A stretch of DNA of 29,043 bases from an uncultured Anaerolineales bacterium. GTDB taxonomy: Bacteria > Chloroflexota > Anaerolineae > B4-G1 > SLSP01. Each line of letters starts with the position of its first letter. Position 1 is the stretch's first letter. The notes below the pieces were generated by a model that searched no databases, had not been told where the DNA came from, and saw only the letters and a program-made list of their open reading frames with translations. The DNA is taken from contig CAZCPK010000002.1 in NCBI GenBank assembly GCA_964500755.1, positions 1-29,043 of the forward strand, in the 5' to 3' direction. The position numbers and the translations under genes were made by a program. Below, one piece after another: positions 1 through 7,597 of this stretch.

Positions 1-15
1 TGGGAGGCTGCACAC

Positions 16-121
16 GGGGCGAAGCCCCCAAGAGTATCGCGCGAAGCGCGTCGCGGATTTTTTTCAAGGTGAGACCCATGGCCAAACACTACAACACTGT
101 AGCCGCGATTTGGAAATCGCG
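16..121. other. Cluster of three short hairpins (two GCGAAGC mini-hairpins, a T-tract, one 7-bp stem)
   Basis: GGGGC-GAA-GCCCC (16-28), CGCGC-GAA-GCGCG (38-50), T7 at 58-64, CGCGATT-TGGA-AATCGCG (104-121). It could be a terminator of an upstream plus-strand gene or an ssDNA signal. Confidence 0.5.
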
Positions 122-137
122 CTAAGAGGAGAAACAA

Positions 138-734
138 ATGCCCATAACCTACACTAACCGCAAAGGCGTCACCTACACACTCTGCCGGACGACCACCAAG
201 ACCGGCAAGACGCGCTACGTCTTCGTGCGCGACCCGACGGGGCGCGAGACCGTCGCGGAAATCCCGAAGGGCTGGGAGATCCGCGAGAGCGTCAACGGCG
301 TCGTCTCGCTGGCCCAGGCCTGCGAGCAGCAGCTGCTGCCGGAGGAGATCGCGGTGGTCAAGGCGGCGCTGAATCAACATCCGAAATCTCACAACTACCG
401 CCTGGACGTCAAACCAGAGCGCCTGTTGATCTACGAGCGCGTAGGTCCCGATGCCGAGACGCTCTTAAAAGCCGTCTCAGCCGACGGCAGCGTCGAGGTG
501 CCGCGGCCCGACTTAAAGCAACGGCTGCGCGATGAGCTGGCGCAGCGCGGGCGCTTCACGCCGATGCTGCGCTTCATCCTCAACGACATTGAGACCCGCG
601 ACTTCCGCGCCGAGCGCTGGTGCTTCCGGGGCCGTATCGACGACTGGATCTTCGTGGACAGCGGCAAGCTCGCCGATCTGGCGCAGAGGCTGATCCCCAC
701 GTTGGGCACGGATGCATTCTTTGAGTTGTACTGA
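138..734 (+). CDS. Hypothetical cytoplasmic protein (198 aa)
   Basis: RBS GAGGAG upstream of ATG, normal globular composition, no motif I can name. It is the only convincing plus-strand gene and converges on the minus-strand operon. Confidence 0.8.
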   Translation: MPITYTNRKGVTYTLCRTTTKTGKTRYVFVRDPTGRETVAEIPKGWEIRESVNGVVSLAQACEQQLLPEEIAVVKAALNQHPKSHNYRLDVKPERLLIYERVGPDAETLLKAVSADGSVEVPRPDLKQRLRDELAQRGRFTPMLRFILNDIETRDFRAERWCFRGRIDDWIFVDSGKLADLAQRLIPTLGTDAFFELY

Positions 735-788
735 ACACAACCAGGAGCACGAGCATAGTGGGCCAAAAGAGAATCCACCCCGCGAGGG

Positions 789-811
789 GATGTTCCCCGG
801 CGCGGAACATC
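789..811. terminator. Hairpin between convergent genes, possible terminator
   Basis: GATGTTCC-(7 nt)-GGAACATC perfect 8-bp stem between stops at 734 (+) and 880 (-). The U-tract is poor. Confidence 0.3.
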
Positions 812-879
812 TTGACGGCACGGTGGAAGGCGCGCTGCGCGTGGCGCTGGAGGCCTATCCTTGAGCTGACTATGGGGGG

Positions 880-1263
880 CTAGCTAATGAATAGCACTTC
901 TGTTGTGCCTATCACCATACCCTCTAGCAAACCTGGCTCCCCCTCCAGAATATACTTCGCCGGTCGCCGTGGCGCATAGTGCACGCGCCACGGCTGCGCC
1001 AGCATCGTGTCCACCACCTGCCATCCGCTATCCATCCAGACCACGCCCAGCGGCATGCCCACAAACAGCATGTGGATCGCGGCATCCGCGACCGACTCGC
1101 ACGGATTGACGAAGAGCAGCGCTTCGCCGGGCTCCAATTTACGCCGGAACATGAAGCCCCGCGCCCGCTCCCCCCAACGACGTAACACGCGAGGTCGGGC
1201 GAGAATCTCTCCGTTGGGCTTTTTCAACGTCACGGTTTCCAGGTCACACCTCCGGTAAGACAA
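880..1263 (-). CDS. DUF192-family protein (start uncertain)
   Basis: Pattern RARGFMFRRKL...ALLF...IHMLFV..PLGVVWMD...VV....PWR..P...YILE matches DUF192, a family often found next to tad loci. Confidence 0.8.
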   Translation of the reverse strand: MSYRRCDLETVTLKKPNGEILARPRVLRRWGERARGFMFRRKLEPGEALLFVNPCESVADAAIHMLFVGMPLGVVWMDSGWQVVDTMLAQPWRVHYAPRRPAKYILEGEPGLLEGMVIGTTEVLFIS

Positions 1264-1290
1264 ACACCCCGGCGATTTAGGCCGGGGTGT
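1264..1290 (-). terminator. Putative intrinsic terminator after the Cys-rich secreted protein gene
   Basis: 10-bp perfect stem ACACCCCGGC/GCCGGGGTGT with a 7-nt loop, followed on the minus strand by TTGTCTT, just after the stop at 1308. Confidence 0.55.
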
Positions 1291-1307
1291 GCATTACAAT
1301 CACCAAT

Positions 1308-2825
1308 TCACGGCACCTGCGGGTTGAGATCGCCACAGGTGCCGTACAGTCGACACGGATCCACGATGATGGATTGCGCCTCGATGACCGGGATGGGTAC
1401 AGCGCTGCCGGTGCCGTCGACGTACGTATGACCAGGACACCAGTCGCCGCCTTCGCCCATGGAGGTCACGGCGTAGGACGTATAGTACCAATGAGGCTCG
1501 CCAAACTCCCGCAGATCCATGGCGTGCCAGCCGACAAAGTGGTCGCGCCACTCGCCATGACGTTCTCCCACTTTACCGTACCACTCTCCAGGCTGGATGC
1601 AGATCCCGGCCGGCGCCGAACAGCCGCTGGTCGTATGCGGCACGCCGGCAGGTTCGCTACCGGCACACGTGCAATCGCCCCATTCCGTCCAGGTGTGATA
1701 TTGTTCCCACTCGTCGGCCCATTCGGCGATCCAATACGTGGGCACGGTGACCTGGTAGGCCGGTAAGGTCGCCGGTCCCACTCTTTCACAGCCATCGGCG
1801 CTGAAATCGAAACTACGGCCATTCTCTGGCAGGCCGTAGGACGACGTCTCATAGGTATGTTCCACGACGTCGCCACAGGCCCCGGCGGAGGCGTAGCCAC
1901 CGGCGACGTTCCAGTCTCGCTCGTCAAAGTCCCAGCAGGAGTCGGGGATCGCTCCCCCGCCAAAAAGACTCTGACCTGGCATCCCCATGCGCCAGCGCAC
2001 GCCAATGCGATAGTTCCGGATGTCGCCGCCTTGGGGTGGGTCACGCACAGGATCGGGCATGGCCACAGTATCTGACCAGAAACCGTCCTCCCCACCACCA
2101 TGCGGCCCACCGTCGACAGAAAAGACCGGCTCGCGAATCAGCGTCAGACGGCCCGGCAACGCGACCAGCCAGCGAGGATAAGGGTACCGCATCACCTTGT
2201 GGGGCGGGACGCGGGCCCAGACGGAGATATTCCAACCCCAGGCAAAGTCATTCCCTTCGTCTTCGTCACAGATGAATGTAATCCCTGTCGCCGGGTCATA
2301 ACCGGGCACACACGGGCGCCCTGGATCATCGTCATCGGTTTCACTCTCACAAATCTCTGGGGTGAGCCGAGTAAAGTCTACCAAATACCAGTTGTGTTCA
2401 GATCCTATGCCATAGAGGCGATAGGTGGCGTTGACGTATTCGCAGTCGATGCCAAGGGCTTGGCCAGAAGCACAGTATTCTGTCCGGTACCCGCGCCCCA
2501 GGCCACTGTCACCATCTCCATCGCCGTCTCCGGCACCATCCCCGGGCGGCGTATCCCCATCACCGGGATCACCGGGATTTCCTGGGGAGTCATCGCCGTC
2601 ACCAGGTGGGGGATCGTTACCCTCGCCGGGACCCCCGGGAGTACCGGCATCACCGCCATCGTCGCCCCCGCCATCATCGCCGCCTCCACCTCCGTCACCT
2701 TCACCGCGACAGAGTTCGCCGCCAACGGGTGGCTGACAACTTTGAGCCTCGGCTAGCCGGGGCAAAGAAACTACGATTAACTGCAACAATATGACTATCA
2801 ATACAACTGCTGCCACCCGCCTCAT
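1308..2825 (-). CDS. Secreted Cys-rich protein with Gly/Asp/Pro-rich N-terminal tract (about 505 aa)
   Basis: The start at 2825 forms an ATGA overlap with the upstream stop. Signal peptide MRRVAAVVLIVILL...AEA, GD/PG low-complexity region, about 17 Cys, Trp/Tyr-rich beta body ending PIPVIEAQSII. Confidence 0.85.
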   Translation of the reverse strand: MRRVAAVVLIVILLQLIVVSLPRLAEAQSCQPPVGGELCRGEGDGGGGGDDGGGDDGGDAGTPGGPGEGNDPPPGDGDDSPGNPGDPGDGDTPPGDGAGDGDGDGDSGLGRGYRTEYCASGQALGIDCEYVNATYRLYGIGSEHNWYLVDFTRLTPEICESETDDDDPGRPCVPGYDPATGITFICDEDEGNDFAWGWNISVWARVPPHKVMRYPYPRWLVALPGRLTLIREPVFSVDGGPHGGGEDGFWSDTVAMPDPVRDPPQGGDIRNYRIGVRWRMGMPGQSLFGGGAIPDSCWDFDERDWNVAGGYASAGACGDVVEHTYETSSYGLPENGRSFDFSADGCERVGPATLPAYQVTVPTYWIAEWADEWEQYHTWTEWGDCTCAGSEPAGVPHTTSGCSAPAGICIQPGEWYGKVGERHGEWRDHFVGWHAMDLREFGEPHWYYTSYAVTSMGEGGDWCPGHTYVDGTGSAVPIPVIEAQSIIVDPCRLYGTCGDLNPQVP

Positions 2826-3613
2826 GGCCGGGGCAGCCAACCTGCCAGACTTTCCTGTTTCCATCGTCCATCCTCCGGATCGTATTCCATTTTGTAGAGA
2901 GCCGTGCCCAGGAACTGCGTGCCATCGAGCAGGCCATCTTCGGGAATCTCAACTTTGTTCCAACTGTCAGTGCTATGATCGTATTTCAGGAGATGGGCCG
3001 AGCGATACATGTCAGCCACGATACAAGATTGACCGTTGGAGGCAAAGTCACGTATCGTGACTTTGCGCTCTGTAACGATCATGTATCTCTCACTGGGTAA
3101 AGTGCCTGTGTCTCGATATCGCTTTCGGCTTAGTCGATGATCTGCCATGTGTTGACCCGTTAAGAACCGCTCCATGTCTTCTTCTGAGAGTGTTTCGTAA
3201 ATCTCGTCATATGTAAGATTCCAAACATTCTCATAGATCTCCAGGTAGTGCTGCTCAATCGTCCCCATGACTTCTTCGCGCACGTCATCGGCGGGCCACC
3301 ATTGGTCATTCGCGTCTTGCCACATGCCCTCTGACCAGTACGCTGGATAGTTCACTGTACTGGTGGGGGTAGCGGTCGGCTCCGGCAAAGGCGTCGCCGT
3401 GGGGCGCGGGGTCGAGGTCGGCACGACGGACGTCGGTGTGGGCTGATCCAGGAAGGGCAGATCCACGTCCTGCAGGCGAGGCGCTGCCCAGCGAACGGCT
3501 CCTATTAGCAGCAGGATCGCCAGAACGCCCAGGGTGAGCACAATGATCTTACCTTCTAATGTCATATCAGAGAATCCTTTGTTAGAGAGTTCCCTATCAG
3601 GTGCGCGGTTCAT
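2822..3613 (-). CDS. Bitopic membrane protein with PT linker and NTF2-like (VirB8/TcpC/ARC6-IMS-like) extracytoplasmic domain
   Basis: Strong RBS AGGAGGAGG, one TM (IIVLTLGVLAILLLIGAV), PTPT linker, then helices followed by beta strands ending LYKMEYDPEDGRWK, typical of NTF2-like folds. The fold call is an inference. Confidence 0.6.
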   Translation of the reverse strand: MNRAPDRELSNKGFSDMTLEGKIIVLTLGVLAILLLIGAVRWAAPRLQDVDLPFLDQPTPTSVVPTSTPRPTATPLPEPTATPTSTVNYPAYWSEGMWQDANDQWWPADDVREEVMGTIEQHYLEIYENVWNLTYDEIYETLSEEDMERFLTGQHMADHRLSRKRYRDTGTLPSERYMIVTERKVTIRDFASNGQSCIVADMYRSAHLLKYDHSTDSWNKVEIPEDGLLDGTQFLGTALYKMEYDPEDGRWKQESLAGWLPRP

Positions 3614-3987
3614 ATTGATACCTCCTCCTGTATATCATGTGTTTGGCAACTAAACGGCGCTAGACCGCATTCTTGAACAACGTACAGAGCAGTGCGTATA
3701 GCAGACGCATGACTGTTCAGCTGATAAACCTCCTGGATCTGGAGGGCCGCCTCGTCGTCAGCCTCTTCCAGATAGATGTTCTGCGACCGACCCTCGGCGC
3801 CCCAGGGGGTATCGATCGCTTCGGGGATGGGAATATCCGGAGGGTGAGCAGCCACGGCACGCAGCGCCAGCCGGATCAGCGCGGAGTGTCCTTTGCCGGG
3901 ACCGGCGCCCGGGCGCAGGCCCCATTGCTCGGCCAGCGCGCTTATGGTGTCGCTCATGGTCGCTAAATTGATCGCAGTGCGTCTCAT
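3610..3987 (-). CDS. Tandem ribbon-helix-helix DNA-binding protein (probably leaderless)
   Basis: Two RHH-like units: MRRTAINL..TISALAEQWG..HSALIRLALRAV and RSQNIYLEEADDEAALQIQEVYQLNSHASAIRTALYVV. The ORF-track TTG start at 4023 is the -35 hexamer. The stop overlaps the next ATG (ATGA). Confidence 0.65.
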   Translation of the reverse strand: MRRTAINLATMSDTISALAEQWGLRPGAGPGKGHSALIRLALRAVAAHPPDIPIPEAIDTPWGAEGRSQNIYLEEADDEAALQIQEVYQLNSHASAIRTALYVVQECGLAPFSCQTHDIQEEVSI

Positions 3988-3993
3988 AGTGCT

Positions 3994-4023
3994 ATTATAC
4001 ATATCATAGTGATATATTGTCAA
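3994..4023 (-). promoter_or_regulatory. Consensus sigma70 promoter TTGACA-18-TATAAT with embedded operator-like repeats
   Basis: Minus strand TTGACA (4023-4018), atatatcactatgatatg, TATAAT (3999-3994). The ATG begins 7 nt after the -10. CACTATGA occurs twice (4011-4004, 3991-3984) and there is an ATATCA-cta-TGATAT palindrome. Confidence 0.85.
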
Positions 4024-4026
4024 GTC

Positions 4027-4485
4027 TCACTCTCCTTCTTGTCGAATGCCAAAGGCGGGTACCGCTGAGGCGCGGATGCGGCGGGTAGCCGAGGAGATCC
4101 CCACCAGGCGCAGGAACCGCAGGGGGATCTCGATCTCGGCCTCCAGCCACACTGCCAGGTGGCGATCATCCGGACGTACCAGCCAAAGGCCCAGTAGCCG
4201 GGCTCGACCGCGACTGTAGGTTTCTAAGCGCTGCTGTGCCAGGTTAAAGGCCGTAGCACTGACGCCGACTTCCTGGCTGGCGTAGAAGGCGTCTCTGGAG
4301 ATGTGCTTCGCCGCATCTTGCACCGCCAGGTCCGCGGCATCCTGCCCGGCGCTTTGCGCAATCGCCACCGCTCCCAGGTCAAAAATTAGCCCCATCATCA
4401 ACAGGAAAACGGGGATGATGACCAACGTCTGCGTGAGCAGGCTCTGCCCTTCCTCGGACCGATACAGTTTGCGTAGTAATTGCAT
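4027..4485 (-). CDS. tadG: TadG-like pseudopilin (module 1)
   Basis: SEEG|QSLL class III signal, hydrophobic helix, FDLG..AIAQSAGQDAADLAVQDAA Tad N-terminal motif, TGATG coupling. Confidence 0.75.
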   Translation of the reverse strand: MQLLRKLYRSEEGQSLLTQTLVIIPVFLLMMGLIFDLGAVAIAQSAGQDAADLAVQDAAKHISRDAFYASQEVGVSATAFNLAQQRLETYSRGRARLLGLWLVRPDDRHLAVWLEAEIEIPLRFLRLVGISSATRRIRASAVPAFGIRQEGE

Positions 4486-4961
4486 CAGGGCGCCTCCCAG
4501 CGTGACTTGTAGGGATCGACCGCGAGAGTGTAGGTAGCCTCCAGCATCTTATCCGGTGATTGCACAAAGAGGGCGGCAAAGGGGACCCGACGTACGTCCA
4601 CCGGATAGCTGACGGTGCATTGGACCGCACTCCAGCGGTCCCAGGCGCCCAGCGGCGCCACGGTAATGACCGCTTTGGTAGGATCCAGGTGGCGGGCCTG
4701 CAGCGCCTCCGCGCCGGCAAGCCGCGCCTGCTGCAGACCGCGCTGCTGGTTGAGCGTACTCACGCCCTGTCGGGCGCAGGAGCGGGCGGCAGCCAGCACG
4801 GTCAGTTGGGCCGGGCGCACCTTGACAATGAACGCCGTCACGCCCAAGAACAAGGCCAACACCATCACAATGATGGGAAAGGTGGAAACGGTGCTTTGCC
4901 CGCTCTCGTTACAGAGTTGCGCCCAGAGTGTCTCATTCCCAGGTGCTGGGTGGGCCATCAT
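4485..4961 (-). CDS. tadE: TadE-like pseudopilin (module 1)
   Basis: NESG|QSTVSTF, TM helix, AAARSCARQG TadE motif. GGAGG RBS before the ATG at 4961. Confidence 0.8.
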   Translation of the reverse strand: MMAHPAPGNETLWAQLCNESGQSTVSTFPIIVMVLALFLGVTAFIVKVRPAQLTVLAAARSCARQGVSTLNQQRGLQQARLAGAEALQARHLDPTKAVITVAPLGAWDRWSAVQCTVSYPVDVRRVPFAALFVQSPDKMLEATYTLAVDPYKSRWEAP

Positions 4962-5352
4962 AGAATCCCTCCAGTCGTTGATGAGCATTCACGGTAATGC
5001 GAAACGGTTCCAGGAATCGGGCCGCCATAGAACGGCCTTGCCAGGTAAACGTCCAATGTGCCGTGGTGGCTCGCCGGGCCGGATCTGCGTGCACTTCGGC
5101 CTGGGTTCCAGGTAAGCGCCAGGTTTCACCGCCCTGCAAGGCCACCTGTTGCCCGGCGGCGAGGGTGGCGGTCCCCGCTCGCCGAGCAGACAGCTGTGCA
5201 AGGCTGGCTGTGCCCACCTGTTTGAAGCCCACCATGGCAATGACCACGATCAACGTGACCATAAACCAAAAGGGAATCTGGGTGATGAGCCAGGAGACGA
5301 GCTCAGCTTGTCCCCGTTCATCAGCCAGGTGCTTCAACAGTTTGGGGGCCAT
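4933..5352 (-). CDS. tadE: TadE-like pseudopilin (module 1)
   Basis: MAPKLLKHLADERG|QAELVSW, TM helix, LAQLSARRAG motif. Start trimmed to the ATG at 5352 after GGGAGG. Confidence 0.75.
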   Translation of the reverse strand: MAPKLLKHLADERGQAELVSWLITQIPFWFMVTLIVVIAMVGFKQVGTASLAQLSARRAGTATLAAGQQVALQGGETWRLPGTQAEVHADPARRATTAHWTFTWQGRSMAARFLEPFRITVNAHQRLEGFYDGPPSTWE

Positions 5353-5362
5353 CCTCCCTCTC

Positions 5363-5668
5363 TTACCCGCCCCAGTTACCGGCGGCTTCGATGTCGCGGC
5401 CCACGTTTTCGCCCAGATTGACGACCGCATACCAGATGATGCCCCCCACCACAAGCAGCGTCAGCGCCAGCACAATCGCTGTGCGGGCCAAGTTGCTGAC
5501 CAAGCCAGATTGCCCGGCGTTGTCGGTCACGGCACGGCCCACCACAGCGCAGACCTTTTGGCTGTATACCTCAATGTGGGGCCGGAACGGCTTACTGGCC
5601 GGGAGTAGGGCCTCCCGCAAGGCATGGGCCTTGGTTCGTACTTTACGACAAATTTCTGCGATTTGCAT
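5363..5668 (-). CDS. flp: Flp-like major pilin with 52-aa leader, lacking Glu+5 (module 1)
   Basis: RBS AAGGAG, DNAG|QSGLVSN, one hydrophobic helix, short amphipathic tail (about 49-aa mature), located after tadC. Confidence 0.7.
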   Translation of the reverse strand: MQIAEICRKVRTKAHALREALLPASKPFRPHIEVYSQKVCAVVGRAVTDNAGQSGLVSNLARTAIVLALTLLVVGGIIWYAVVNLGENVGRDIEAAGNWGG

Positions 5669-5680
5669 AGGTAGCTCCTT

Positions 5681-5700
5681 TTTGAGTTACTTTGAGTTAC
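5681..5700. repeat. Perfect 10-bp tandem direct repeat upstream of the flp RBS
   Basis: TTTGAGTTAC x2 (minus strand GTAACTCAAA GTAACTCAAA, then AAGGAG). Confidence 0.85.
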
Positions 5701-5705
5701 ACGAA

Positions 5706-6623
5706 CTATATGTATACGAAAAACATCCATAACGCTGGGCCCGCCACCAAGCCCATAGTTACCACGATAGACCCCACCACCACCGGCAATTCCATCCGAC
5801 TGGCATTCTGTACGCCCTGCTCAATCATCCGGCGCCGCAGACGTTCCTGAGCGGCCCGGGCTTGCACCCGCAGCGCGGGGGTAAGCGAACCGCCCCGCGA
5901 CTCTACCAATTGCAACTGCTGCAGGAACTCCGTCAGGGGCGCAAAGTCGTTGTGGCTGATGGTCGCCCCCACCGCGGCCTCGAAGGACGTCGTCACGTCG
6001 TAGGTGCGTAGGAGCCGGGCTATCTCCGTAATAAACGGTCCCCCGGGGCGACTGGTCAACTCCCGCAACGCTTGGGTCAGTGAGCGACCTGTGGAGACAA
6101 CTGACGCGAGCTCAGGCAACCGGAACGCCATCTCGACGGTCATCCGGTGCTGACGTTGTTGTACCGCGCTCTGTAGCTGCGCTGCTGGGCCGGTGTACCC
6201 GGCCAGCGCAGCCAGAACAGCGATAATGACAGCCAGGAGAAAAGGCGCTTCCAGGAGGAGGCTCAGGGTCGTACTGGCCAGCAGGCCGAGAACGCCGTAG
6301 AGCAACGCCTGGTAAATACAGGCAGCATGGTAACCACGCGCCGAGTAAAACGGCGCACTCGGATCCGGCGGCTCCAACTCACCCGGCGCCCAGAACCAGT
6401 TGGCTGCCTTGAGCAACTGTTCAAGGTTGCCCGTTTCGTCCTGATAGCCTACCGCCACCCGATAGGCCATCCCCGCCAGCGGATTCCCGTCCGGGATCCG
6501 GTCCCGTTTCGCCACCGTTCTTTTACCCCTGGTCTGGGGACGCGCCAAGGTGTACACAATGACGAAGATCGCTAATCCGCCCAATATTGCCGCAATCCAG
6601 ATCAACGTTTGGGTCGTTATCAT
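5706..6623 (-). CDS. tadC: TadC platform protein (T2SSF family), module 1
   Basis: N-terminal TM, two TMs, then the T2SSF domain (MAFRLPELASVVSTGRSLTQAL...GGSLTPALRVQAR...MELPVV) and a C-terminal TM. ATGA overlap with tadB. Confidence 0.85.
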   Translation of the reverse strand: MITTQTLIWIAAILGGLAIFVIVYTLARPQTRGKRTVAKRDRIPDGNPLAGMAYRVAVGYQDETGNLEQLLKAANWFWAPGELEPPDPSAPFYSARGYHAACIYQALLYGVLGLLASTTLSLLLEAPFLLAVIIAVLAALAGYTGPAAQLQSAVQQRQHRMTVEMAFRLPELASVVSTGRSLTQALRELTSRPGGPFITEIARLLRTYDVTTSFEAAVGATISHNDFAPLTEFLQQLQLVESRGGSLTPALRVQARAAQERLRRRMIEQGVQNASRMELPVVVGSIVVTMGLVAGPALWMFFVYI

Positions 6624-7591
6624 GCTGTTGACTCTCCTTCTGTATCTTCTATGCCGTATTCAGTGGGCACGCGGGAGAGGATCAAGCCGCGATTGGCCGT
6701 CTGCATGGCCGCTACGTACATGCCCACCGTAATAATGGCGCTAAACAACGACACCAGTATGCCCGCCGGCGTTCTGAAAAACTCGACGTTCATTGCGTGC
6801 TCTGTGCCCGCTACCATGAAATTGAGTCCGCGCACCATGCCCACCAACAGCCAGGGACCTAATGTGCCCACCAGGGCCTCGTTGCGCTTGGCCCGCTGCC
6901 GCGAGAGGGCCTCGTTGAACGTCTCAACCTGCTCGCGGGTGATATTGGCCTGATTGGCCAACGTTTGGCGCGCCTGAGCGCCTTGCTCTTCAGCGACAAG
7001 TAAGGCCGTCGCCAAACCATCAAAGATGGGGCTGCGCCGGCGATCAGCAATCCGCTGCAGCGCCTGACGTAGCGGGGTGCGGGTGCGTAATGCTCGCCAG
7101 ATCTCTTCAAAATCAGCGGCGACGCTGTCGGGCGCCGGGGCACCTTCGGGGCCGGCGCCTGACCCGGGACCGTAATCGGCCACAGCCTGCAGCGCCCCCG
7201 ACAACGTCGGTGTGATCTCCCAGGAGTTGACGATGATGTCCATCGCCCGGGCCAAAGCATGATGATACGTATTGATCCGCTGATTGCGCTGATCTTCCAA
7301 TTGCACCCAGTAGAAGAAATACCCCCCGATGAAAAACGGAATGAAAACCAGGACATTCGAGGTAAGTAGGGCGCTTACTGCGCCGAGGACGGCGCCGCGG
7401 ATCGCGCCCTGCAGGAGGAACTCGGGGGCCTCCACGTCAAACTGTGCCTGGTTAAGTCGCACCTGGATCCCCTTTGTCCACGTCCTGGCCGGCGCCCGGC
7501 GAAGATGCGCCTTGGGGATCGCCAGAGCCGATACAATACTAAACACTCCCAAACCGCCCACCGCCGCCAAACTGAGTACTAAAGCATTCAT
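6620..7591 (-). CDS. tadB: TadB platform protein (T2SSF family), module 1
   Basis: TM segments plus ARAMDIIVNSWEITPTLSGAL...FDGLATALLVAEEQGAQARQTL, directly downstream of cpaF. Confidence 0.85.
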   Translation of the reverse strand: MNALVLSLAAVGGLGVFSIVSALAIPKAHLRRAPARTWTKGIQVRLNQAQFDVEAPEFLLQGAIRGAVLGAVSALLTSNVLVFIPFFIGGYFFYWVQLEDQRNQRINTYHHALARAMDIIVNSWEITPTLSGALQAVADYGPGSGAGPEGAPAPDSVAADFEEIWRALRTRTPLRQALQRIADRRRSPIFDGLATALLVAEEQGAQARQTLANQANITREQVETFNEALSRQRAKRNEALVGTLGPWLLVGMVRGLNFMVAGTEHAMNVEFFRTPAGILVSLFSAIITVGMYVAAMQTANRGLILSRVPTEYGIEDTEGESTA

Positions 7592-7597
7592 ATCTTT

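Noticed and set aside
78-125. 15-aa mini-ORF MAKHYNTVAAIWKSR upstream of the 138-734 gene
   Set aside because: No clear RBS or regulatory codon pattern, and expected by chance.
790-864. 24-aa plus-strand mini-ORF MFPGAEHLDGTVEGALRVALEAYP
   Set aside because: It looks protein-like and might be a gene remnant, but it is too short, overlaps a hairpin and has no support I can verify.
3988-4023. ORF-track N-terminal extension MTIYHYDMYNST of the RHH gene
   Set aside because: The TTG start is the -35 hexamer and the extension spans the promoter. The ATG at 3987 fits a leaderless start.
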